A stretch of DNA of 64,000 nt from Lytechinus pictus. Taxonomy: Eukaryota. Location of the stretch: assembly GCF_037042905.1 (NCBI RefSeq), contig NC_087245.1:42348001-42412000 (forward strand). Reading direction: 5' to 3'. The notes beneath the pieces were generated by a model. The model made no database searches. It saw nothing but the letters and a program-made list of their open reading frames with translations, and had not been told where the DNA came from. Shown here piece by piece: positions 1-13,100 of this stretch. Numbering within the stretch: position 1 is the first letter of the stretch; every line of letters begins with the position of its first letter. The position numbers and the translations under genes are program-made.

Positions 1-365
1 AAAGTGTATTTCATAATAAAATGCTTGGCGCACTCGCCCATCACGGCGCTCAAGCTGCATGCAAGCTAAAATGTGCACTGCTCTTGCAGATGAAAAAAAA
101 AAAAACATTGAAACTTGTGTATATCTCACCCTGGTTTTTACAAAATGATTGAAAAAAAAAAAAGTTACCTGACAGTACATTGATCTAATAACCATATTTG
201 TGTACGTTTTATGAAATAGAGGCATATAGAGATGATTTTTCTCAATAAATTTCGATTTTGTAAAAAAAAAAATAATACTAAATACGGAAAAATCGTACTA
301 CTTGGCAGCTCTGCATATGGCTTTCTGTAGTTAAAGCAGGACCCGAGTGAATACAGTGTTCATAC

Positions 366-514
366 CATTACTTGAGACCATGTCAGCCTGAGATCCTGGG
401 ACAGGTTCTTCACCATCAATGGCTTCTTCCGCTCCTTTGGTTCTATCAGGGTACCCAATCAGGTTAGAGGAAAATTGAAGCTCCACCTCGTATTCTTTCT
501 GACCAGCCAGGTAC
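366..514 (-). CDS. OFCC1: OFCC1-like exon 14 (YLAGQKEYEVELQFSSNLIGYPDR...DMVSSN)
   Basis: CAG acceptor, GTATG donor, phase 2 to 1; gene continues beyond the window. Confidence 0.85.
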
Positions 515-1148
515 CTGGATCATGGAACAAAGGAGAAAAGTAATGATAATAATAATAAAGGATTATATACATGCACAATGGTAAAGTCTAACATTGCTGG
601 GAGGTCTAGGAGCCTGTTTCATATAACCTGTTACAAAATCAAATTTGCACTAACAGTTAAAAGCTACTGAAATCACTCAATCTGATTGGCCGATAGTAAA
701 TTTGGTATAGAAATAGTGAATATGTTATTATGACAAGTCTTCATAGAACGGGCCCTAGATCTGGTAGCTTTGATTGATTCATTGTGTAGGTTTGTCAGTC
801 TTCATCTGTTGAGGCTGTCTGAATATTTTGTTTTGAATTTTCTTAAGTAACAAGATCTAGGAGATTTGTTGTATAAATAATGAATGGATTCATTCATTCA
901 TCAACTCATCTGCATTATTTGCGAGATAGTGTGTACACATCCTCAACTTGAGTGTGGACAGATTGTATAATGAATGCATGCGCATGAAATTTTTTGGAAA
1001 ATTATAATTGTCAGTATTAACATCATCAACAACATACTCTTATCATTATAATCTTGATTATCACTTATCACCCTCATCATCAGACATAATTATCATCGGC
1101 ATCATCATTATCAACATCATCATCACAATAATCATCATCACCATCATC

Positions 1149-1179
<31 letters not shown>

Positions 1180-4100
1180 CCATCATCATCACCAGTACCA
1201 TCATCGTCAACCATCAGCATCATCAACACCATCACCATCATCATCATCATCATCACTTATCATCACCATTCCAATCATCACCAAGTCACTATTAGCACCA
1301 CCACTACAACTACCACCATCTCCATTACTACAACCATCACCATCATCATCATCACCAGTACCATCAGTACCACCATCATCGTCAACCATCAGCATCATCA
1401 ACACCATCATCATCATCAACACCATCATCATCATCACTTATCATCACCATTCCAATCATCACCAAGTCACTAATAGCACCACCACTACAACTACCACCAT
1501 CTCCATTACTACAACCACCATCATCATCATCATCACCAGTACCATCATTACCACCATCATCATCAACCATCAGCATCATCAACACCATCAACACCATCAC
1601 CATCAACACCATCATCATCATCATCATCATCATCATCACTTATCATCACCATTCCAATCAGCACCCAGTCACAATTAGCACCACCACTACAACTACCACC
1701 ATCTCCATTACTACAACCATCACCATCATCATCATCACCAGTACCATCATTACCACCATCATCGTCAACCATCAGCATCATCAACACCATCACCATCAAC
1801 ACCATCATCATCATCACTTATCATCACCATTCCAATCATCACCAAGTCTCTATTAGCACCACCACTACAACTACCACCATCTCCATTACTACAACCACCA
1901 TCATCATCATCATCACCAGTACCATCATTACCACCATCATCGTCAACCATCAGCATCATCAACACCATCACCATCAACACCATCATCATCATCATCACTT
2001 ATCATCACCATTCCAATCAGCACCCAGTCACAATTAGCACCACCACTACAACTACCACCATCTCCATTACTACAACCACCATCATCATCATCATCACCAG
2101 TACCATCATTACCACCATCATCGTCAACCATCAGCATCATCAACACCATCACCATCAACACCATCATCATCATCATCATCACTTATCATCACCATTCCAA
2201 TCATCACCAAGTCACTATTAGCACCACCACTACAACTACCACCATCTCCATTACTACAACCACCACCATCATCATCATCACCAGTACCATCAGTACCACC
2301 ATCATCGTCAACCATCAGCATCATCAACACCATCACCATCAACACCATCATCATCATCATCATCACTTATCATCACCATTCCAATCATCACCAAGTCACT
2401 ATTAGCACAACCACTACAACTACCACCATCTCCATTACTACAACCACCACCATCATCATCATCACCAGTACCATCATTACCACCATCATCGTCAACCATC
2501 AGCATCATCAACACCATCACCACCAACACCATCATCATCATCATCACTTATCATCACCATTCCAATCAGCACCCAGTCACAATTAGCACCACCACTACAA
2601 CTACCACCATCTCCATTACTACAACCACCATCATCATCATCATCACCAGTACCATCATTACCACCATCATCGTCAACCATCAGCATCATCAACACCATCA
2701 CCATCAACACCATCATCATCATCATCATCACTTATCATCACCATTCCAATCATCACCAAGTCACTATTAGCACCACCACTACAACTACCACCATCTCCAT
2801 TACTACAACCACCATCATCATCATCATCACCAGTACCATCATTACCACCATCATCGTCAACCATCAGCATCATCAACACCATCACCATCAACACCATCAT
2901 CATCATCATCACTTATCATCACCATTCCAATCATCACCAAGTCACTATTAGCACCACCACTACAACTACCACCATCTCCATTACTACAACCACCATCATC
3001 ATCATCATCACCAGTACCATCATCGTCAACCATCAGCATCATCAACACCATCACCATCAACACCATCATCATCATCATCACTTATCATCACCATTCCAAT
3101 CATCACCAAGTCACTATTAGCACCACCACTACAACTACCACCATCTCCATTACTACAACCACCATCATCATCATCACCAGTACCATCATTACCACCATCA
3201 TCGTCAACCATCAGCATCATCAACACCATCACCATCAACACCATCATCATCATCATCATCACTTATCATCACCATTCCAATCATCACCAAGTCACTATTA
3301 GCACCACCACTACAACTACCACCATCTCCATTACTACAACCACCATCATCATCATCATCATCACCAGTACCATCATTACCACCATCATCATCAACCATCA
3401 GCATCATCAACACCATCATCATCATCATCATCACTTATCATCACCATTCCAATCATCACCAAGTCACTATTAGCACCACCACTACAACTACCACCATCTC
3501 CATTACTACAACCACCATCATCATCATCATCATCACCAGTACCATCATTACCACCATCATCATCAACCATCAGCATCATCAACACCATCATCATCATCAT
3601 CATCACTTATCATCACCATTCCAATCAGCACCCAGTCACTATTAGCACCACCACTACAACTACCACCATCTCCATTACTACAACCACCATCATCATCATC
3701 ATCATCACCAGTACCATCATTACCACCATCATCATCAACCATCAGCATCATCAACACCATCATCATCATCATCATCACTTATCATCACCATTCCAATCAT
3801 CACCAAGTCACTATTAGCACCACCACTACAACTACCACCATCTCCATTACTACAACCATCACCATCATCATCATCACCAGTACCATCAGTACCACCATCA
3901 TCGTCAACCATCAGCATCATCAACACCATCAACACCATCACCTTCAACACCATCATCATCATCATCATCACTTATCATCACCATTCCAATCATCACCAAG
4001 TCACTATTAGCACCACCACTACAACTACCACCATCTCCATTACTACAACCACCATCATCATCATCATCATCACCAGTACCATCATTACCACCATCATCAT

Positions 4101-7100
4101 CAACCATCAGCATCATCAACACCATCATCATCATCATCATCACTTATCATCACCATTCCAATCATCACCAAGTCACTATTAGCACCACCACTACAACTAC
4201 CACCATCTCCATTACTACAACCATCACCATCATCATCATCACCAGTACCATCATTACCACCATCATCGTCAACCATCAGCATCATCAACACCATCAACAC
4301 CATCACCATCAACACCATCATCATCATCATCATCATCATCATCACTTATCATCACCATTCCAATCATCACCAAGTCACTATTAGCACCACCACTACAACT
4401 ACCACCATCTCCATTACTACAACCATCACCATCATCATCATCACCAGTACCATCATTACCACCATCATCGTCAACCATCAGCATCATCAACACCATCACC
4501 ATCAACACCATCATCATCATCATCATCACTTATCATCACCATTCCAATCAGCACCCAGTCACTATTAGCACCACCACTACAACTACCATCATCTCCATTA
4601 CTACAACCACCACCATCATCATCATCACCAGTACCATCATTACCACCATCATCGTCAACCATCAGCATCATCAACACCATCACCACCAACACCATCATCA
4701 TCATCACTTATCATCACCATTCCAATCAGCACCAAGTCACTATTAGCACCACCACTACAACTACCACCATCTCCATTACTACAACCACCATCATCATCAT
4801 CATCACCAGTACCATCATTACCACCATCATCGTCAACCATCAGCATCATCAACACCATCACCATCAACACCATCATCATCATCATCATCACTTATCATCA
4901 CCATTCCAATCATCACCAAGTCACTATTAGCACCACCACTACAACTACCACCATCTCCATTACTACAACCATCACCATCATCATCATCACCAGTACCATC
5001 ATTACCACCATCATCGTCAACCATCAGCATCATCAACACCATCACCATCAACACCATCATCATCATCATCATCACTTATCATCACCATTCCAATCATCAC
5101 CAAGTCACTATTAGCACCACCACTACAACTACCATCATCTCCATTACTACAACCACCACCATCATCATCATCACCAGTACCATCATTACCACCATCATCG
5201 TCAACCATCAGCATCATCAACACCATCACCACCAACACCATCATCATCATCACTTATCATCACCATTCCAATCAGCACCAAGTCACTATTAGCACCACCA
5301 CTACAACTACCACCATCTCCATTACTACAACCACCATCATCATCATCATCACCAGTACCATCATTACCACCATCATCGTCAACCATCAGCATCATCAACA
5401 CCATCACCATCAACACCATCATCATCATCATCATCATCACTTATCATCACCATTCCAATCATCACCAAGTCACTATTAGCACCACCACTACAACTACCAT
5501 CATCTCCATTACTACAACCACCACCATCATCATCATCACCAGTACCATCATTACCACCATCATCGTCAACCATCAGCATCATCAACACCATCACCACCAA
5601 CACCATCATCATCATCACTTATCATCACCATTCCAATCAGCACCAAGTCACTATTAGCACCACCACTACAACTACCACCATCTCCATTACTACAACCACC
5701 ATCATCATCATCATCACCAGTACCATCATTACCACCATCATCGTCAACCATCAGCATCATCAACACCATCAACACCATCACCATCAACACCATCATCATC
5801 ATCATCATCATCATCATCACTTATCATCACCATTCCAATCAGCACCCAGTCACTATTAGCACCACCACTACAACTACCATCATCTCCATTACTACAACCA
5901 CCACCATCATCATCATCACCAGTACCATCATTACCACCATCATCGTCAACCATCAGCATCATCAACACCATCACCACCAACACCATCATCATCATCACTT
6001 ATCATCACCATTCCAATCATCACCAAGTCACTATTAGCACCACCACTACAACTACCACCATCTCCATTACTACAACCACCATCATCATCATCACCAATGC
6101 AACCACCATCACCACCACCATCTTCACCACATCACTACCACCACTACCACTACCACCACCACCATCATCATTCATTCTATCTTACCTTGGCAACCTCACA
6201 ATCTCGAAGTAGAGATTACAAAGCCAGTGATCTAGGTCTGATGCCATCAGCTTCTCGACCGTCTCATGACGGTCAATGCGAGTATCGATCTCTCCCCTCA
6301 GCATCGGTGTTTTATACCTTCACAAAATGAAGAAAAGAAAAGAACATACAGAAATAGTATTGCAATTTGCTCCATGTGTTCAAGCTTACATTACATACAC
6401 ATATATTGTACAAACATCAAATTATTTATTAAATATGCTATTAAATTTGCAACCACATTTGCTGAATATTCTAAGGTGCTGATATGTTTGGTGAACGACT
6501 GCAACAAACATATACCTATTTCACTTTCTGATGTACAATCACAGAAAAAAAGATAGAAGAAAAAAACTCTTTATCAATCTAGAAGTGAAATACTTTAAAC
6601 ATTGCCAATGCATAATTATTCAGTATCACCAATTAATGGGATTTCCCATACACTCACAAACATTCAATACTTTTTTTAACACTAGATACATATATGTGAG
6701 GCATATAGGACATTTAATGGCATAAACCCAAATATTGTGGAAATCATTTCAACAAGTGGAAAGATGATTATTTTGTAAGGTACACACTGCTTCTCATTTC
6801 AAAGCCCTATGAGGAATAAATGGGATGGGGATGAATAGTGATTTAACATTCCATGGTGAAATGTACAATAAACATTTCATACTCCCTTTCCAGAGCTGTC
6901 CAGTTTAACATTCAACTTTCAGAGAGAATTTACCAAGGAAGGAGGGAGATTTTTCTTGAATACACACAATCCAATGGTTGATGCTGAAAATCAGTTTTTC
7001 AGTTAATTTTCAGGGAGACTTAATAGCCCTAACTCTCTGCCTTGCTAGTGGTCAACTTACTTTCCCTGGAGGACCTCAAACTGACCATCACAGATGGGGA

Positions 7101-10100
7101 ATACGCCCCAGGCCACCACCTTATCGACGGGCAGAAGGGTACCACGGAGCAAGAAGAGCTCAAAGACCAGTACCATGCCTGGACGGATGTCTGGCTTTGA
7201 TGGACAAACTGTGAACTGACTCTGATCAATCTGTTGGGTGATGAAGGCAGGAGAGAAAACATTCAATTTATTCACTTTAAAGCATGTACAGTACAAATGT
7301 GATGTTTTGATCCCTTTTGGTTAAAGTTGGTCTGCCAAAATAACATGGACGAGTAATATATTAATATATTTGGTGTACAGTCCGACCTCTCTTATGCGGC
7401 CTCCCCTTATCCGGATCTCTCTATTATCTGGACGCACACTTGCCGTTATTTTTTTTCTTCAATTCAATCGAGTACGTGAGGAAATGAGATTTCAATCTAA
7501 ACTCAATCCTATACGCAAACTCACTTTGATTACATATATTTTCCAATATAGTCTACCTACAAGAACATTATTTTTCATGAAAATATCTCACCCAAATAAC
7601 CGAAAGAACTGAGGCAGGATAATTTTCCAGTAAATCGGCGCAGCACAAACATTTCATCACATTCTATTTTGTTTCCCAGGAAGAACAACAAATGTCTCGC
7701 TAGCTTACGCTAGGCCTCAATACGGACAGCGCCATCCATCATGTTTGAGCCTACATTCAGTATAACAATGGCTGACATTGCGAAGCTGCGATACCCGCCG
7801 CGATGATCTAATTGTAAAACTTAGTTTTATCAAGTCGTTCTCTTTCTTTCGAGGTATGCTCGATGTATACCTAAATCATTTCAACAGGTAAATTATCCAA
7901 CAGTTTTGGCCATCAATCGATTTCATTTCCGTAAAAATACCGCCTATAATTTGCACTGACACTGAAGTGAATACTGTCTGTACGCCCATTACGATAGATA
8001 ACATGTAGCTACCGCTGTTGGGGAGGCAGTGGCTGCATGTATTTAATATTGAGTCTCCCAGATCTGGATAAATCCCTTATCTGGATTGGTGCTGGTCCCA
8101 ACGTGTCCGGATAAGAGAGGTCGGACTGTATATCAACTTGAAAACGGGAGGTTTTTCTACAACAGGATTATATATCTCTTTACACAGACAATGCGAGCAC
8201 CAGGAACCATGAACACATAGCCCCTGAGCAAAATGTGTTTCATAAAGTTATCAAAAAATATTTCTCATTTAAAATAACATAATATAACATATAATAATGT
8301 ACAATAATTTATCTTTCCCACTAAGTTTCTTTTCCTTTCTCTCTCTCTTTTTTTTTTTTTGGGGGGGGCCAACCGATTGGGTTTTTTGGGGGGAGATTGA
8401 CCAAAACTAAAGAAGGCTAAAACTATATTGCCAAATATATTCCTCATGAAAGTATCCTTACTGTAATCTCCACATTGTAGAAATGGCCATCATGGTTGAG
8501 AGGGAGTGTAGACCCAGACCATTCTTGACCACGTAGGTTTGACCAGCGCAAGACATGTCCACCCAGACGGTCATACAGGGATGTCATAAGGATGAACCGG
8601 CCAGCTGAGGAAACAGGAATTATGAAATTACAATAAGAAGAATTCCAATGAAAATAGGAGAAAGGAGGAGAGGAAGAGGAAGGGGAAAAGTTCAGAATTT
8701 AGTTCAGACATTTTCAGATCTATTTAAACTTGTTTTTACATTCAAAAGATGTGCCTGCGATATAGCCAACAATGCCATTAAAGCTAAATCAAACACCTTA
8801 AACATGCCAACAAAATTTCCTTTTGAGAGATTCCCAAGTAAAAGATGGTTAATATCTTTAAGAACACAAACCCTGCAAGGTTTCAAAAATAACTATTTTC
8901 CTACCAACTGATTAAGCTGGAAGATGAGAATGGTTAATTTCTTAGGCTCATATTCTGATCTCCAGTTTAAGTTACACTCGGGTTTAAGATTGTTGTTAAC
9001 TAGGGATGGCCAATTGTGGGACAAATCTTTCGACAATAGAATCATTTATAAATGTCTGGGAATGATAACTGAAGCATTTTTCTTCATCAAGAAGGCAATG
9101 GGAAACAAAAGGGTAAACACAAGAAATATACAATTCAAACAGAATTCCTGATTTTTGGGCTTTCCATAATTTTAGCAGAGAGTTACATTTAGACCCACTC
9201 AAGGGTTCATTACATGCCGCCGAGCGCAGAAAAATCAAGCCATAGAAGTCCTGTGGTGTGGACGCGAGAAGTGGCGTCGCAGCACGCGCGACCAACTAGT
9301 TAGAAATCCACTGCCAAACGCGGTTCTGTGTGCGAGGTTAGTATACTAATACCAACCTCGCACGAGTGCGAATGTATGTAGACCATGGTCTAAAGTTAAA
9401 TATAAGTTCAGAATATGGGCCTAATGTCTTACCAGGTAGCTTATCCTTGACTCCTCTTAGGCACTTGAGTTTGATTTGTATGGGTTGCGGAGCTCGATTC
9501 CAGTCTACTTTCCAACGACGACCTTTTGACCCACCATACTGACCATCAGCCATCATGAGATCGCCATACATAGTCTAGATTGTAAGGTAGAAGTACCGTA
9601 AGGGCACTAGTATTCAACCCGTTTGGAGAGTTTCCTCAAATATATATAAATAAAGAATTTACCTGAATTTCAGACCCGTCTTATTTCCAAGAGCAAATGC
9701 TGGTTATTCTTTTTCCGATATTTTTTTCTTCAACCCGTCGACTGTGTGCGCGGGCGATCGAATTATACGGCGATGGTTTTTGGCACTAGTATTCAATCCG
9801 TCGGCACTAGTATTCAACCTAGCGATGAAAGATGGCCCTGTCTTTCAATCTGCCCTTGTCCCATCCGACTATGGACTAGACCAATTGAGATGAGACCAAA
9901 CAGGGAATTAATCAAAGCCAGAGACTTACATAAATCTAGATCTAATTTAGCAATCTAAACCATTTTGAAATTAGCCATCTATCATCACTAGGTTGAATAC
10001 TAGTGCATTTCAGTGCAAAAGGTCATCGCCGCATAATTCGATCCTCCGCGCATAGTCGACAGATTGATAAAGAAAATACCGACAACAGATTACACTGGAA

Positions 10101-13100
10101 ATAACAAAGGTATGAAATTAAGATAAGTTCCCTATTTCTAAATATTTGGGGGAATTTGTCCAAATCTTTGAATTATGCCACGTTGAATACTAGTGCCCAT
10201 ACGGTATATACAGGAGAAGTTGGTCATCATGGTAGATAAGAATTTATTGCAAATTGTTCTTGTTTGCAACTTCATGCAACATCAGATTGAATTATACTCA
10301 AATAGATGTATCTTATTCATCATAGTCTACATTAACATCTTACTGGTTACACAACATTTGCTCTGGACTTCATCTCATCTATCAGATATAGGGTTACAGT
10401 TGCAATAGGGTTTTATATTAGGTTTAGGATAGTTTTAGTGTTAAATTCAGGGTTGAAGTTAGTGATTCGGTTCATGTCTGGAAATTAGAGCAGAGCAATA
10501 ATCAAAGTAAACATGACAAAACATTCTTTCTCCCAAAGTTTGATGCAATAAACGATATCACAATGAGCAGGGGATCCCCCCACCTAGCCAGGAGGCTCCT
10601 AGAGAGTGAGCTTACTCCTAGAGAGTAAGCTACAAGACGCATATCGGAGGATATGCGTCTTGTAGCTTGGCGAAAAACAAAAAGAAACAAGATGGCGACG
10701 TAAACATCACGGTATGTTTTCCCTGTCTTTTCATAATATTTTTCTAGCCAGAGAGAGAGAGTGAGCGTGAATTGCAATCGGTGAATATGCGTCTTGTAGC
10801 TTGGCGAAGAACAAAAAGAAACAAGGTGGCAACGTAAAAATTGCGGCAAGTTTTCCCCGTCTTTTCATAATATTTTTCTCATTTTTAAAATGAATTCTTG
10901 TTTAAAAATGAAATCAATGTCGTATAAATATCGGAAATTAAGTTTGTTTCCCATTTACATGATTCAGGGCTAGATCAAGATATCCCAGGGGCAAAAATTT
11001 CATTTTTTCCCCGCGGTACACGCACATGAATGGGACGCAATCCCTGGTTCCGTGGAGAGTAAGCACATGTTAGTAAATAATTTTGACTCTCTAGGAGCCT
11101 CCTGGCTACCTCCACCCCCATACCACAAACAATATGTAAGGGACTAGGATTTTCAAAATTCAAAACCACAAAATAACCCTGGTTTTGCACACTAGACAAC
11201 AGAGCTAATTAAAACATTAATACACCTAATTAAATGGCATTATCGTGATCCAAGTCCCCGGTGACTCGGATCCACGGACAATGTGTGTCTCTTTTCATTC
11301 TCCACTTTATTGGCGTCGGGTCTACTAAATAAATCAGAATTGCATCTACTTCTTTTCAATCTCTATTGATATTCATGTACCCCTCATTTCCCTCCTTTTC
11401 AAATCACTGAGCCACTTTTAGACAGTTTCCTATTTTCAATAATATGAATTATCAGAATCAATAGAATCACATTAAAACACTATAAAACTACTCCTAGTGA
11501 TCCAAGTCCCCATCTAAAATAAAACGGCAATTAACCCCAGTAATATTCATTCTACGTCTCAATTCCCTCCAAAACCACTCTGCCACTTTCAGACAGTTTC
11601 CTAGAGATGATGAATGAATATTTTTTATAAGAATCATTAAAATCAATGAAAATCACATTAAAAACACTATTTAACTGTCTAATTACTCCTCGTGATCCGA
11701 GTCCCCTTCCCGTGTTGAGACTGCCTATTTCCCACAGGAGGGGACTCGGATAACGAGTAATATGCTATTACACAATCTTTTAAAAATTCTAAACACATGA
11801 CCTGAAAAAATATCTTTTCTTCTTTATAAAGATACCAAAAACATGAAATTTTTTCAATATTTAGAGCAGCAATGGCCAAACAAAGAGGTATTTCTGTCCG
11901 CACCAAGCTCATTAGCAATGCAAAAACCCTCTAGTCATGAATATCACTTGGGTAAAAGAAGCTACTTTTTGAGGGCTTGCCGACTGACTGAAATTATATG
12001 AGCCTAGGTTAAGTTAAACTGAAGTTATCGCGTTTACAAGGACTGCAGAAGGGTAAGATGAAAACATGTCGCTGTGACCTTGACCTTTGGACCTCAAAAT
12101 CAATAGGCTTCCTGGGATCCATGCTAGTATCATAAACACCAAATTATATGAGCCTAGGTTAGGTCAAACTGAAGTTATCACATTTACAAGGAAAAGTTAA
12201 CGGACGGACGGACACCAAACGTGATACCATAATACGGGCGTAGAAAAAGGAGGTGTAACCTCTCCTGTAAATTACAGACAAAAACAAAATAACTGGTATC
12301 TTTGACCAGGACCACTCACCTTGACCTCTCCCTTTCTTATTTCCAGAGACCGTTTCAGGAGATTCTCTGCCTTCTTGAATGTCTTATGGAGCTGATCCTG
12401 AAGCAGACGCTCCCTCTGGATGCTCAGTTCCTGAGAAAGAGACACACAAATGACAAATAAATCATCTTCTATGAATATATATATGTTCTACCTGCAAATA
12501 TTCTTTTCATTCATGCGTTAATAAGATTCCCTAATTTCAAAATGAGGTTTCTTTTTGATCCAGCTAGAATGTTTTCATTACCTTAAGCTTGTGTTATTTA
12601 AAAATTTCTATAATTTAAAACTATCAATTGTTCCCCTGTTCATCAACCACAGAGTCATGATGACCTCGATTGTAACACATTCCATGCGGTCTTGTGATTT
12701 CTTATAACATGAAATACATATACACAGCACAGAAATAATTGACTCAACAAACTAAACAGATTTTAAAAAGGATTAACTTGATGGGTAAATGATGAGAAAT
12801 CAAGGAAATAAAAAATTCTCCTAACAGCAACTTCTTCAGATCAGTTCATTCCACTTTTTTCCAAACTGTTAACCATCTTATTCTACATTACAATTCTTCT
12901 ATAGATTAGGGGGCCAAATACACGATGCTCATATAAGCTATTTCAGCAGAATTATACCTTTAAAGTCAAACCATCAGTACTGCATAGTCTGGAGGCACAG
13001 ACCCTCATTTGAAACTTTGATCAACAAGTGGGTCTTTATACAAGACTAGCGCAAATACAACTTACTGTTGTGAGAGGGGCCTTCATTGTAGGCTGCACAT

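Noticed and set aside
1008..5998. Series of near-identical MMMM...DDDG ORFs that look like a tandem peptide gene array or a His/Asp-rich biomineralisation protein
   Set aside because: They are translations of the CAT minisatellite. Unit length is 3n+1, so frames shift and hit stops, and the array lies inside an intron whose flanking exons join in phase.
1250..6095. CRISPR-like regular repeat array
   Set aside because: No unique spacers, the whole unit repeats, no cas genes, eukaryotic context.
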